A stretch of DNA of 64,000 nucleotides. Origin: Diplonema japonicum. Its lineage: Eukaryota; Protista; Euglenozoa: Diplonemea. Of this stretch, positions 47,234-57,700 are shown piece after piece. Where the stretch lies: positions 559,746 to 623,745 of the forward strand of contig OZ025676.1 in the NCBI GenBank assembly GCA_964019335.1. The letters are read 5' to 3'. The position numbers and the translations under genes were made by a program. A model generated the notes under the pieces. It had not been told where the DNA came from, did no database searches, and saw only the letters and a program-made list of their open reading frames with translations. Within the stretch, counting starts at the first letter, position 1. Every line of letters begins with the position of its first letter.

Positions 47234-48337
47234 TTAGATAGAGCAGCTTTTTTCTTCTTCTTCTTCTTCTTTGCTTGAGAAACGGAACGATTTGATACAT
47301 GCGAGATCTTTGTCTGTAAAGGTGTTGAGTACGGGGTAGCATACCTGTGACCTGTTCACGCCGGAAGACTTCAACGTTGGCGCCGCTTTCGCCGGTTGGC
47401 GGGTCGGCTCCAGGTGGAGTTTCCCTGCATAGACAACACATCGGGATAGTGTCTCACTGGGACTGGGCCGTTTAGTAGGCGAAGAAGGAGAAGGAGAGAC
47501 AGGAATTCTGCTTGGAGAAGTATGGCTGCTCTCATTGCCAACAAGTAGACCATGTCTTATGTATGCAATTTCAAGGAGTTTTTCTAAATCGTCCTTCGTG
47601 AGTGCCCTGTTTTTGGTACCAAGAACATAATTTACATCTGCCTGTGAGTCTTTAAGTCCCTGCGGCTCAGCAGGTTTCCTACAAAGAGGAGAACGTGAAT
47701 GAGGTGATGAAACATTCGCAGACATGACTGATGCAATAGGAGGGGACATGAGAGGGTCACGCCTATATGGTGAGTAGTTCGGAGATGGTACAGGAGGCGA
47801 GAGGGAATGGGCAGGAGAGAGGCCGACGAAGACGTTGTTGAGGTCAATCTCAGCATCAGGAGGATCGGGGGGCTTGGGGAGTGCTATGGAAGATGTAGAT
47901 GCGGTGGAAGGTGATGAGACAGGTGCAGGACCAGAACTAGGCAGAGGTGTAAGTGTGGGAACAGCTATGGCAGCTACCGGGAGTGGCGTAGGTGGTTGTG
48001 GTTGTGGTTGTTGTGGTTGGGGCTGCGATATCGCGTGGTACCCTTCCAAAGTGTAAGTCGGGTGTTTGCTGTGAGGGTGACACACATAGCCGCAGTTCCT
48101 CATGGCCTCATCAGCGACGTACTTCGTCTTCACTAGATCCTCAGCACCCTTATCATCGGCGGCTCTGTGCATATTTCCGTTCTGTTGTTGCAGTGCACTA
48201 GTGCTTTCTCTTCTTTCAATTTCCTTTACCCTCTCTCGCAAGATTCCGCAGACATCGTTCACCATCTGCAAGTCTCCTCCATGTGCCCCTTCTGCCCGTT
48301 CTAGCATCGCGAAAGCTTTTTGAAGCTCGAACACCAT
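47234..48337 (-). CDS. Pro/Ser-rich hypothetical protein (further 3' exons likely toward about 46600)
   Basis: 367-aa ORF with internal GTATG sites; true 3' end uncertain. Confidence 0.6.
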   Translation of the reverse strand: MVFELQKAFAMLERAEGAHGGDLQMVNDVCGILRERVKEIERRESTSALQQQNGNMHRAADDKGAEDLVKTKYVADEAMRNCGYVCHPHSKHPTYTLEGYHAISQPQPQQPQPQPPTPLPVAAIAVPTLTPLPSSGPAPVSSPSTASTSSIALPKPPDPPDAEIDLNNVFVGLSPAHSLSPPVPSPNYSPYRRDPLMSPPIASVMSANVSSPHSRSPLCRKPAEPQGLKDSQADVNYVLGTKNRALTKDDLEKLLEIAYIRHGLLVGNESSHTSPSRIPVSPSPSSPTKRPSPSETLSRCVVYAGKLHLEPTRQPAKAAPTLKSSGVNRSQVCYPVLNTFTDKDLACIKSFRFSSKEEEEEEKSCSI

Positions 48338-48416
48338 ATTGTTGGGAGGGGACTGTAAATCGAGTAATAAGATCGAACTCTTTCTAGTTTACTGAAGTAC
48401 ATTATTCTTTTACATT

Positions 48417-49592
48417 CTAAGCATCGTAGTAAGACGGCGTACCCTCTTCAGTACCCTTCTTCGGTCTCCTATACAAAGAAGACGCATGAACAACAGGAGA
48501 GGAAAACTTTTTTGGGGAGTAAGCATCGGCGGTGGCCTCATTGTAGATCAGGGTGGGTGGTGGGTTGAGTGGAAGCGAGAAGATAGATGCTGTTGAAGGG
48601 GCTGGCGAAGGGCTCTTTGTATTCTGTGATCGCAGCTTCAGCACGGGGCGGTTTACGTTCGAGCTTGGTCGCAAAGGTGAAGCGTGTCGACTCACGAGCA
48701 CGCACTTGCCCGGGCTGGCTTCATTGACAGGCGGGGTGACGCATGATCTGTGTTTTTTCCCATCGGCATAAACGGGGTTAACAGGAGTCTTTGTCTTTAC
48801 ATGGAGCTGTATGGTTTTTTGCAGCTCTTCGTTTGCAACCGCTTGCTCCTCTATTTTAGCATTGAGTATTGCTACTTTTGTCTCCGTTGTTTGTGCAGTG
48901 TCCTTCAGCTGATCTGTCTCTTCAGCATATCGGCGTGTGGCATTGTGCAATGTCTGTTGCGTCCTCTCCAACTCAGTATTTCTGTTCTTGATCTGCTCTT
49001 CAAGGTTGCTGATGAGGTTCGCCTGAGTCTTCTGGAACTCTTCCGCCGTTCGTTGAGCTTCTTCTAATCGGAACTCCATCAGAGTAAGTCTCTCGTCTGG
49101 TTCTGGTTCTGTGGCCTGCAGGGTACTGAGTTCTTGTTGCAGTTCTAGTATTTTTCCTTCGTCACCCCACTGCTGTGCAGCTTCTAGTCTGCCTCTAAGC
49201 TCAGCTTCACGAGTGCCTCGTTCACCACCAGTGTTTAGGAGGGCATGTGACTCAGGTTGCTGCGAGCGTGCCTTCTGCTCTTGAAGCTGATAATGTGCCG
49301 TCTCTACTTCGTCTTCTAACTCCCTAATACGCTGTTTAAGTAGCTTCTTGCTTCCAATTGATTGTTTGAGCTTTTTCAAAATGACCTCTTTTTCAGCTGA
49401 TGCCACACATGTTGGCCTACAGCCCGTCTCATAGGTACCCTCTTCCATGTTTAACAGATCCTTCCTCAGCATACTACACTCTCGTTCGCTTTCTCCCAAC
49501 TTCTGCTCAAGTAAGCAACAGCGTTCTGCCAGGTCTTGGTTGGCCTTCGTAAGCTCTCTAGCGATGTGTAACTCGTCCATTTGACTGGCCAT
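48417..49592 (-). CDS. Coiled-coil hypothetical protein
   Basis: 391-aa ORF, E/Q/K/L heptads. Confidence 0.8.
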   Translation of the reverse strand: MASQMDELHIARELTKANQDLAERCCLLEQKLGESERECSMLRKDLLNMEEGTYETGCRPTCVASAEKEVILKKLKQSIGSKKLLKQRIRELEDEVETAHYQLQEQKARSQQPESHALLNTGGERGTREAELRGRLEAAQQWGDEGKILELQQELSTLQATEPEPDERLTLMEFRLEEAQRTAEEFQKTQANLISNLEEQIKNRNTELERTQQTLHNATRRYAEETDQLKDTAQTTETKVAILNAKIEEQAVANEELQKTIQLHVKTKTPVNPVYADGKKHRSCVTPPVNEASPGKCVLVSRHASPLRPSSNVNRPVLKLRSQNTKSPSPAPSTASIFSLPLNPPPTLIYNEATADAYSPKKFSSPVVHASSLYRRPKKGTEEGTPSYYDA

Positions 49593-49663
49593 CTCCTGGT
49601 AATGGGTTTTAAGGCAATTTCATGCAATATTAATAACTGGTGCAGTGATCTTGCAGATAAATG

Positions 49664-50221
49664 CTATTTTCTGTTAAGCAAACACGAGTTGGTGAGAATG
49701 AATCTTTGACTGCTTAGTTCCAGTTCTATCGACGTAGTGTGCTTGTCCATGTGCAGGCACTTGTTGTTACTTTGGACAACATGGAGCTGGGTATCAGTTT
49801 CATTAACCACAATACCCCACTTGTTGATGTTAAAACGTGAAGCTGCCTCCACTACAGCAGCCTTCGAGCCCACCAGCTCGAGGGTCGAAACCACTTTCCG
49901 TGCATCCATGTCGCAGGAATTCAAAGCCGAAGCAGCATATTGGAGCCATAATTTATTTAGGGAAGCGGCATGTTCAAATGTAATACCTTCAAGCAGTTTT
50001 GCTTCGCTTTTTATCGGTGCTATTTTTTTCCAACATCTCACATTCACACTTCTTTTTTTTTTTTTTGCTCCTTGTTTCCTTTTTTCTTGCTGTAATGAAA
50101 CGAGTCTTGTTTCGCCCCCTAACTGATTTTTGCACGTCTTCTCCAACATGCGCTTTTGCTCACCTGTGGCACCATCATACGCAAACCCCAAGATCCCTTG
50201 TATAGCTGCCGCACCTTCCAT
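49664..50221 (-). CDS. POP4: RNase P/MRP subunit p29 (Pop4/Rpp29)
   Basis: LNKLWLQYA...LELVGSKAAVV...GIVVNET...KCLHMDK pattern of the p29 Sm-like domain. Confidence 0.78.
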   Translation of the reverse strand: MEGAAAIQGILGFAYDGATGEQKRMLEKTCKNQLGGETRLVSLQQEKRKQGAKKKKRSVNVRCWKKIAPIKSEAKLLEGITFEHAASLNKLWLQYAASALNSCDMDARKVVSTLELVGSKAAVVEAASRFNINKWGIVVNETDTQLHVVQSNNKCLHMDKHTTSIELELSSQRFILTNSCLLNRK

Positions 50222-50278
50222 CTTGGTGTCACTGTCTTCGTCATCGTGATGTTTGATCTCAAGAATAATTACAGATAA

Positions 50279-51727
50279 CTAAATTTTGCTATACAGCAGG
50301 ACTTCATGTCCATGACCGCGCTCTGCTGGGGTAGGAGAGTGGGGGAAGACAGCTTCTTGCTTGTATCCATTCTCGTGAAGAAATGGTTCCAGGAGAATTC
50401 TGTTTTGCGAGAAAATAGCAAAGAGGGTCGGGAACTGTCGATGGACGTGATAGAGCGAAGTAACAAGGGCAAGGGGGTCGGTGTTGAAGAGATCATGTTC
50501 TGTGGCTTGCTGTGTAAGGGGCGAGCAGTCAAGCTGCACAATTTCTTTCACTGAAGTGCCGTGAAGGTATGAGTAGCCAGGTGTTGTATAGCACGGAAGC
50601 AAAAGGTGGAGCTGTTCATGCCTCTGAGGACTTGCTCTTGTCCGACGCAAATGAGACATTAACTCCACACCTCCAGTTTGGTGAAGGTATGAAAAGTAAC
50701 CCATTGCCACTATGTTAGATACCATAATGAACCCAAGACCCAATACCACAATCTTTCTTTTCTTTGAAAACAACTGGCTGCAACCACCCCCTGCGACCAC
50801 AAGGCCGAGGTACAGTACAGGGAGCAAGAACCTAAACTCCTTATGACCTATCAGCGAGTAGAAGAATACTGAAGTGCCAATCTGCGCTGCGAAAGAGTAC
50901 AGCTGCATGCAACGTACTTCCCATCTCCACAAGCCAGCGATAAAGAAAGGTAGCATTGTGCCGATAATGGCGGGGTAGCCTTGAGTGATGTACCAGTGCC
51001 ATGGGTGCGTGCCAAATAAGGCCGACTTCCCCTCCACGAAGTTGAACTTGAGAAATTCAATCTGATTCACCGCAATTGTGCCCGTGACGCTGTAGTCCAG
51101 TGCAACGCTGAAAACAACCCAAACCACAACAGTGAAACCCGTTTTTAGAAGTATTTTAAAATCGGGATTCTGTACCATGTACATCACACCACAGGGGAGC
51201 CACAGGACACATGATGTAGGACGGAACACTGTTGTAAGGCCCGCAACATTGAGAAACGTGAAGTAGTTTCCGCTGAGCAGGTAGTTCAAGGCAACGAGCG
51301 AAAGTGCTGCCTCGGTGCTATTCGAAAGGGTGCGAGGGGCACAGTAGAATACAAACCAATTTAACACCACAAAGAATGTTGTGAATCGCTGCGCGGAAGG
51401 ATCCTTTTTAAACACTTGTCCCGAAAGGCGGATTGTAGCTACGTCCGCTAAAAAGGCGACGACCCCCTGAATAATCCTTGGGCTGTAGACCATGCTGGTT
51501 GGCGTGGCACAACCAAAAAAGTCTAGTCCTTTAAATAATAGCCCAAAGGTCATCGGGTGCAACCAACTCCTGATCCCAGCTTCCCATTCCCAAGTAAGGG
51601 TACCCTTGCCAAAAGCAAGCCAATAACCTACCTCTGGACCTTGCCAGTATTCGTCAGGAGGCCCTGACGTTCGTATAATGCATGCATTTAGTATTCTAAA
51701 GGTCAGCAGCGCAACATACTCAAGCAT
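50279..51727 (-). CDS. PIGB: GPI mannosyltransferase III (PIG-B/GPI10)
   Basis: PDEYWQGPEV, TWEW..GIRS, RTLSNS.E, GTHPWHWY, HKEFRF, LLPCYTTP. Confidence 0.95.
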   Translation of the reverse strand: MLEYVALLTFRILNACIIRTSGPPDEYWQGPEVGYWLAFGKGTLTWEWEAGIRSWLHPMTFGLLFKGLDFFGCATPTSMVYSPRIIQGVVAFLADVATIRLSGQVFKKDPSAQRFTTFFVVLNWFVFYCAPRTLSNSTEAALSLVALNYLLSGNYFTFLNVAGLTTVFRPTSCVLWLPCGVMYMVQNPDFKILLKTGFTVVVWVVFSVALDYSVTGTIAVNQIEFLKFNFVEGKSALFGTHPWHWYITQGYPAIIGTMLPFFIAGLWRWEVRCMQLYSFAAQIGTSVFFYSLIGHKEFRFLLPVLYLGLVVAGGGCSQLFSKKRKIVVLGLGFIMVSNIVAMGYFSYLHQTGGVELMSHLRRTRASPQRHEQLHLLLPCYTTPGYSYLHGTSVKEIVQLDCSPLTQQATEHDLFNTDPLALVTSLYHVHRQFPTLFAIFSQNRILLEPFLHENGYKQEAVFPHSPTPAERGHGHEVLLYSKI

Positions 51728-51785
51728 GTTCCTGTCGTAGGTTTGTACAAAGAAAATCTAATATGGTCCTACACGTTCTTTTTTT

Positions 51786-52349
51786 TCAAAAAGGTAACTC
51801 CCTATCTCGGGATATTCGTAGCAAGACCCGGTTACACAAGTATGTGCCCAACACACCGAAGGGCAGCAGAGCGATGGCGATCAAGAGGATAATAAGGTCC
51901 GTGGAGGAGGGTGTCGAGAAGAAAGGGGGGTCAGGGTTGTGGATGAGCGCTTTTTGGTCTTCGAGACATAAATCAGAAGTATAGCACGTTAGGTTTGAAC
52001 TTATGGAAAAATTTGCTGCGGGTTCACACCCCAGTGCGACTCCTGAGTATGTCTCGTTCAATTTTGCCGTTGTGTTGCAAGCGTCAACAAACACTCCCAA
52101 GATGCACAAACTGTTGTTCAATGGGTCGGTCTCCTTGTTTTGCACCACACAGTTGCTCTCTACGAAGTCATCAGCACCCTTCAGCGAGGTGATCACAACC
52201 AACAGCAACACCAGTCCCAGCCACCCGAACGTGCACAGGAAGCATATAATAACCTTGCTGTGCAACACATCCACTATCATCGAATACCATTTCCGCTTCC
52301 CAGGTCGCTTGCCTACCCACGCCCCATGTATACCCCCTTTCGTCGCCAT
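51786..52349 (-). CDS. Two-TM membrane protein with Cys-rich loop
   Basis: Two hydrophobic helices flanking a Cys and N-glycosylation-rich loop. Confidence 0.7.
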   Translation of the reverse strand: MATKGGIHGAWVGKRPGKRKWYSMIVDVLHSKVIICFLCTFGWLGLVLLLVVITSLKGADDFVESNCVVQNKETDPLNNSLCILGVFVDACNTTAKLNETYSGVALGCEPAANFSISSNLTCYTSDLCLEDQKALIHNPDPPFFSTPSSTDLIILLIAIALLPFGVLGTYLCNRVLLRISRDRELPF

Positions 52350-52448
52350 CCTGAAACAAGCTGAACCAAATGTGTCCGAACATAAAATACATAATTTCCA
52401 TCAGGAAAAATAAATTAAAACATAGTGGTTAGGATGAGGATAGTAGGC

Positions 52449-52814
52449 TCATGGCTGCCTTGGTTTGTCGACCACCTTTTTAGCTCTAAAGTCGATTGCG
52501 TTCGCAAACTTCAGAGTCGCGTCAAACGTATGACGCAGCAACCACTGAGAAGAAGGGTGGATAGTGATAGGCGCGTATCTCTTGTTAATTCTGAATAACC
52601 GTTTGTACAATCTCTTGAAGCCGAACAACGACGCAGCAAGGAATACAACTGTCTTCTTCGCTACCCAGAAGGCAACGAACCCTACTGCTGGTGGAGTAAG
52701 AAGATGTTTCGTGTTTCTGAATGGTCTACATTGGACTTGTCGCACAGGGTGCAGCGGTTGCATTGGGACAGCGCGTGTTGCCCTGAGCCCTATCGCACAT
52801 GAGGTTCGTAGCAT
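52449..52814 (-). CDS. Small protein with mitochondrial-presequence-like N-terminus
   Basis: MLRTSCAIGLRATRA start; Arg-rich, almost free of acidic residues. Confidence 0.6.
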   Translation of the reverse strand: MLRTSCAIGLRATRAVPMQPLHPVRQVQCRPFRNTKHLLTPPAVGFVAFWVAKKTVVFLAASLFGFKRLYKRLFRINKRYAPITIHPSSQWLLRHTFDATLKFANAIDFRAKKVVDKPRQP

Positions 52815-52984
52815 ATTGCCTGTTATGGTTCTTTTTAAGTTTAGGGAAAAAAGAAGAAAAGAAGCTTTGATTTTGCCCTTAAAGTAAAAAGGAGGAGAAC
52901 GCCAAAAGAAGTCAATCTAGAACTCGCAACAAGCGAAGCACCAACGTGTTTATCTGTTCCCTTCGGCCGATCAAGCTTACGGGC

Positions 52985-53089
52985 CTATTTGGACCTCTGC
53001 CTCATCTTCCGCCTTCTCCTCTTCAACCTTTTCAACCTCTTCTTCTTCCACTTGGGGCGCATGCCCCTAGGCCTGGGGACGGAACCCAT
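52985..53089 (-). CDS. RPL41: Ribosomal protein L41 (eL41/eS32), 34 aa
   Basis: MGSVPRPRGMRPKWKKKRLKRLKRRRRKMRQRSK*; too short for the ORF track. Confidence 0.95.
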   Translation of the reverse strand: MGSVPRPRGMRPKWKKKRLKRLKRRRRKMRQRSK

Positions 53090-53280
53090 GTTGACTTAGA
53101 TCCTGTGAAGTAGTTAGTGATTAATATTGAATCAATAATATAGAATGCAGTAAAAAAGAAATGTTATCTATCCCTATTTACTGCCATACGAGGTTCGACC
53201 AGAGCACTGAGCCGAACCCAAGATGGCACTAAAGTAAGAATGGATATACAGGCATTGAAAGGGCTCTGAAAAGAGAAACT

Positions 53281-54162
53281 TTATTTCCCCCTTTTTTTTT
53301 TACCGTTTTTTTTAGTACTCGTTGGGTCGAACCCACATTTTTCGAATTCTTTCAAGAGCCACCAGTCTGCATCACTGAACGGGATCTCTGTAACAGGTTG
53401 CAGCGTTTTAAAGAAGGAAGCAGGGAGCTTGGGGAGGTCTTTGGTGTAGTAAATATGTGCCACCACTTCGAGAATAGTTTTTTGGAACGCGCCCACAAGA
53501 ACAGCGTCCCGTGTCCACCATTTTTGGAAATCGCTCAGACTCACAACTAAGACATCAGGCCGAGGATATAGATCCAAGCACCTGCGAGAGGCCTCTTGGA
53601 TAGAGTACGTAACCTGTCCCTGGGTTGGTTCCGAGAACGCGTCTGGTTGTTGGCTTTTTTTTTTTTTTTTTTGCACTGCTGCAGGATCTGTGAGTTTTAG
53701 TGTGTGTGTAAAGTACTTGACGTCAATGTCCTCCTGGAAGGGCCCCCTGCTGTAGACGTCATACGCAGAGAGAGTGAATGTTGGTTCTTGAGGATCATTC
53801 ACCATTGTGAACAACAGGCGACAGAACCAGACCCCGTTAAAGTACCCCTCCCCCTCTTTGTCGAAGATCTGCAATAGCCGCTTAATTAAATGCTCTGATG
53901 TCAGCCCGCATTGTCGGCAGAATGTTGCAAACCTCGTATGAGTTAGAGCCCAGCCGTCATCAGAAACTTCCTTCACTCTCTCCCAAATCTTCTCAATATT
54001 CATTCCCTCGAACTGGCACTGGTCTGAAAGATATTTCTGTACCTTTGGGTCCTTGGCTCTTTTTTTCCGTTCTTCGTAGGCTTGCTCCCACAGCTGCTTA
54101 TTGGGAGGGCATGGGTTTGTGAAGTGCTGATTGTACTCAGCAGAGAATGGATCGTCGATCAT
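53281..54162 (-). CDS. EF-hand-like protein (start uncertain)
   Basis: IKRLLQIFDKEGEGYFNGVWF EF-hand-like segment. Confidence 0.65.
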   Translation of the reverse strand: MIDDPFSAEYNQHFTNPCPPNKQLWEQAYEERKKRAKDPKVQKYLSDQCQFEGMNIEKIWERVKEVSDDGWALTHTRFATFCRQCGLTSEHLIKRLLQIFDKEGEGYFNGVWFCRLLFTMVNDPQEPTFTLSAYDVYSRGPFQEDIDVKYFTHTLKLTDPAAVQKKKKKSQQPDAFSEPTQGQVTYSIQEASRRCLDLYPRPDVLVVSLSDFQKWWTRDAVLVGAFQKTILEVVAHIYYTKDLPKLPASFFKTLQPVTEIPFSDADWWLLKEFEKCGFDPTSTKKNGKKKRGK

Positions 54163-54340
54163 TTGTGTTGTTTGCACCTAGAAAATTAAAACCAGAACTG
54201 GAGGCTGAAGATAGACTACGCTAGTGGTCCTGAGAAAGACCTACGTGGTGTTGGCAAAGTCCTCCAGATCCCTCAAGGACTTTGCCAACACTGAAAAGAG
54301 ACCGTGTTCGTACTTAGGTAAGTCTCGGGCAGGATTGTGT

Positions 54341-54688
54341 TCATGCTAAGTACGTCTTAGGCAAGGTAACAGAATTGAACGAACTATGCGAAATGCGAAC
54401 TAACTGTCTTGCTAGTTCGTAATTTGTGATCAAAGCTCCGTTCAACCCAACTAGCATTAAGGGCGATTTTCCTTGTGTGAGAGCCGATGCAGTAACTGCA
54501 ACCTCTATTTTTCCTGCATTTAATTTTTTAAGACGGTCTAGGACGCAACTTTGCAACTGCAACGCGTGAATGTCGTCTGCGATTATTAAAATTCTTGCAC
54601 CGTTTCCCTCTTCCGTAGCCTTCATTATCCATTTTGTAAGCACCTCCTCTTCGTCCCCAACCACTACTGCGCAACGGCAGTCTTCCAT
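54341..54688 (-). CDS. Small hypothetical protein (possible extra 3' exon near 54241-54291)
   Basis: 115-aa ORF on the gene-bearing strand. Confidence 0.5.
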   Translation of the reverse strand: MEDCRCAVVVGDEEEVLTKWIMKATEEGNGARILIIADDIHALQLQSCVLDRLKKLNAGKIEVAVTASALTQGKSPLMLVGLNGALITNYELARQLVRISHSSFNSVTLPKTYLA

Positions 54689-54745
54689 ATTTACCTATGA
54701 AATGTAACGTGAAATCTTAAAAAAGACAAAAGTAAAAAAAAAGAC

Positions 54746-57700
54746 TCAACGTCGTATGCAGATGCCTGGGCCTTCTCTCCCTTCCTTTGCCCGCAACTTG
54801 TCAGTTGACGGTCGCTGTAACGCGAGCGAGGGGCTGATCTTTTGTCGCATGTTTGCCTGAAGGCAGGGGAGCAGCTTCTCCGTTTCTGTTAACGGCTGGA
54901 TTAAGCAGTGGTTTAAAGATCGCACAATGTGGAATGGTGCCTTCGATGGACCTGCGATATAGTCACTTAGTGTAGAGTGCCTGTTCAAATTATTCATGTG
55001 TGGTGCAACATACATTGGCCGCTCTTGAAGCAGTCGTGCACGGAACGACTTTACAGTGTCGTTGGCGTTGACAACGGCCAGCCACGGAGTGCTATGAGGT
55101 TTAATCACTAAAACGTTCGGGTCAGGTATGTTCAAGTGCATGTTGGCGTGGTTGTGGTTGCTTTGCTCAAAGTGTAGGATCTGTACCAAAAAGCGATCCT
55201 GATCAAATGGGGGAAGTTTCATCGTAAGGTCAAAAGAGACCTGGTATGAGCTGACTGCATTCAGACCGGGAGCAAATTGGAAGGACGAGCTGCGCACATT
55301 TTGAAGAATTTGAGTCTTTACAACCTCTGCGCACAGAATAAGACTTTTCGTTGTTTCAACGAGCGGTTCATGATCATCCCAAAGCACTCGTGTTATCGTG
55401 TTGTAGACAGCTGATAGTTCATACAACAGCACTTTACCTGAATGAGGATGCTGTTTCACACTGCCGCTCGGGACTGTTCTGTCGATCGCGCAAATTGAGC
55501 TTTGAGTACTCCCTGATGAGCCGCTTGTAGTAGTATCTTGTTCACCACAGCAGTCAATTCCGGTGATGTGTTCTCTGCCAAGAATTTGCGTGTCCTCAAT
55601 GAGTTTTGTCTTCAAGTGGCCAACTTGAGCACCTGGTTGCAGAGTTAATTTCACCGATTTTTCTAACTCGCCATGAATGCTCGAAATTATATTTACGGTC
55701 ACGAAAATACTGCCCTGTGGATACAGTGTACTCAAATCCGCTTGCTTCACAAAGTACAGCGTGTTCCGCAACCGGTTCCAGCCAATATTAAGAACAGTGC
55801 CGAGGGATAGAGTACCAGCCAACAGTGCAAGTTTGGGGGTGTAGTCAGGTTCTGACACAAAGAGCTCCAACTCCATAGGGTTGACTTTCAGCTCAGCAGC
55901 AAGCAAAGCCCTTACTGCCGAAATTGACAGGTCACTGGATAACTCCAGTGTCGTAGTAGCAACGTCCGGTTGGTCGACAGCACTGAACCTAACCTGCAGG
56001 GCAAGGGCTTTTTGCTTGATGACATCCCTCACGTCACGGTATTTCGCCGTTAGCGTATTTGAATCTGGTGAAAATGGATGCATCACTAAGTTCGTTGTAC
56101 CGGATGTGATGACCACAATATCACCGCTGCTCAGTTCTGCATCATTCAAAGTGACGTCACCATCGAGTTTTTCTAAGAGACCTTCGCGGACTTCTTCGAA
56201 GAGTTGTCCTTGTTGCTGGAAATTGCAATCCGACATGCCATCTAACAAAGCCCTTAGAGGCGCATCGCGGTTCAACACGCATCGCTTCTTTACAACACAA
56301 GAGTCAGTATTCTGCGGAATGTGAATCTTTACGAAAAGCATAACGAGATCACCGTCAACAAGAGATTTCTGAGGTGTCAATGTTGCAACCCCAGAATTAT
56401 CCTCCACTGGCCAAGGGTGGGCATAGAGTGTCACGATGTCTTTGTGATGCGAGCCTAAAGAAAAGGCTTTCTCGAGCGTTGTGTCAGGATTTTGTATTAC
56501 AAGTGACGAGGGTCGCATGGTGCCATTTAACCGCCCCTCCCATCGCCAAAGAGCTATGTCCTCGAGATCAGGATAATAGGTTTGTATCAATGTGCTTTTC
56601 AGCGATCGGAGAGTTGTTTTCCTTAGGTGTTTAACAGGAATACAACTTTCTGGTGGTGCCACCTCCTCGCAACCAAAGATGTCATTGTCGACAACAACAC
56701 GCACATTGATGAACAAGTGCGCTTCTGCAACATCTTTTTCAACATCTTTTTTGGGCAATCGACCAAACCGTCTGTGAACACTCATCGGCACTGTTGCGTA
56801 AGTTATTGTTGGAGTAAGCCAGTCGAGGTCACTAACTCTTAAATAGATCAACACATAGGCGGAAGCGTACCTAGGTAGTTGTCCTCCACCATAGTCCCCG
56901 CCAAAGTTTTCTGCTATGACATCTTTTTCAGTTACACGTATAACCCTTTCATCATCAAAGCGGTACCATGGGCCACTGAGCACAGGCCTCAGGAACGAGT
57001 AGTAGTGTCCCCCGTTCACATCTCCACTATGTACCAGAACTGAAAGCAGTACATATGCGTTGTCCTTTGGTGAAGGTGTTGCCAGGTATCGTTCGATATC
57101 AAGTTCAACAGGGAACTCCTGCCTCTCGTTCACTTTTGCCTGTTTTTGTGTCACAATATCATAGTCAAATCTCTTCAGATGTAGCAGCAGCACAGGTGGT
57201 GCTTTATCCATGATACATTTTCGAGTAGCAGCTTGAAGGCCCTGGTCCGGGGTTGCATACTTGTTCTCTCCTTCTAAAACCTCGGGGGAAAAGTACTTGT
57301 CTAATGCGTCGTATAAGGTTGGGCAGCCCTTCACGTTTAGTTGGAGGTCGTAAAACAGCTCTTCGGTTCTTGATTCATAGTCGATGTCATTGCAAACAAT
57401 AGTGTGCACGAGTCCTCCTCTGAAAAGGGAATCAAGTGTACCTGCAACTCTTGTGCCCTTCAACTTCTCTTCTAACGATGAGTACAGCACCCTAATCAAC
57501 TCATGGATATCGTGCTGGCGGAAGACGCCTTCTTGAGTCCAACCAAATGCCGCTGTCAGCTCTTTGGTGGAAACGGCCTTTTTTTGAAACTGGAGGTTGT
57601 AAAAGACTTGTTGCAAAGCCCCAACCAAGCTCTTTTCTTTTTGTTCAAGCGTGGGGTATGGTGAGGGGTAGGGGCTGAAGATATTGCTATCGAGTTCCTC

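Noticed and set aside
48337-48420. Fusion of the 391-aa and 367-aa ORFs by an intron
   Set aside because: An in-frame stop lies upstream of the second ATG, and a plausible separate acceptor (TTACAG) is present.
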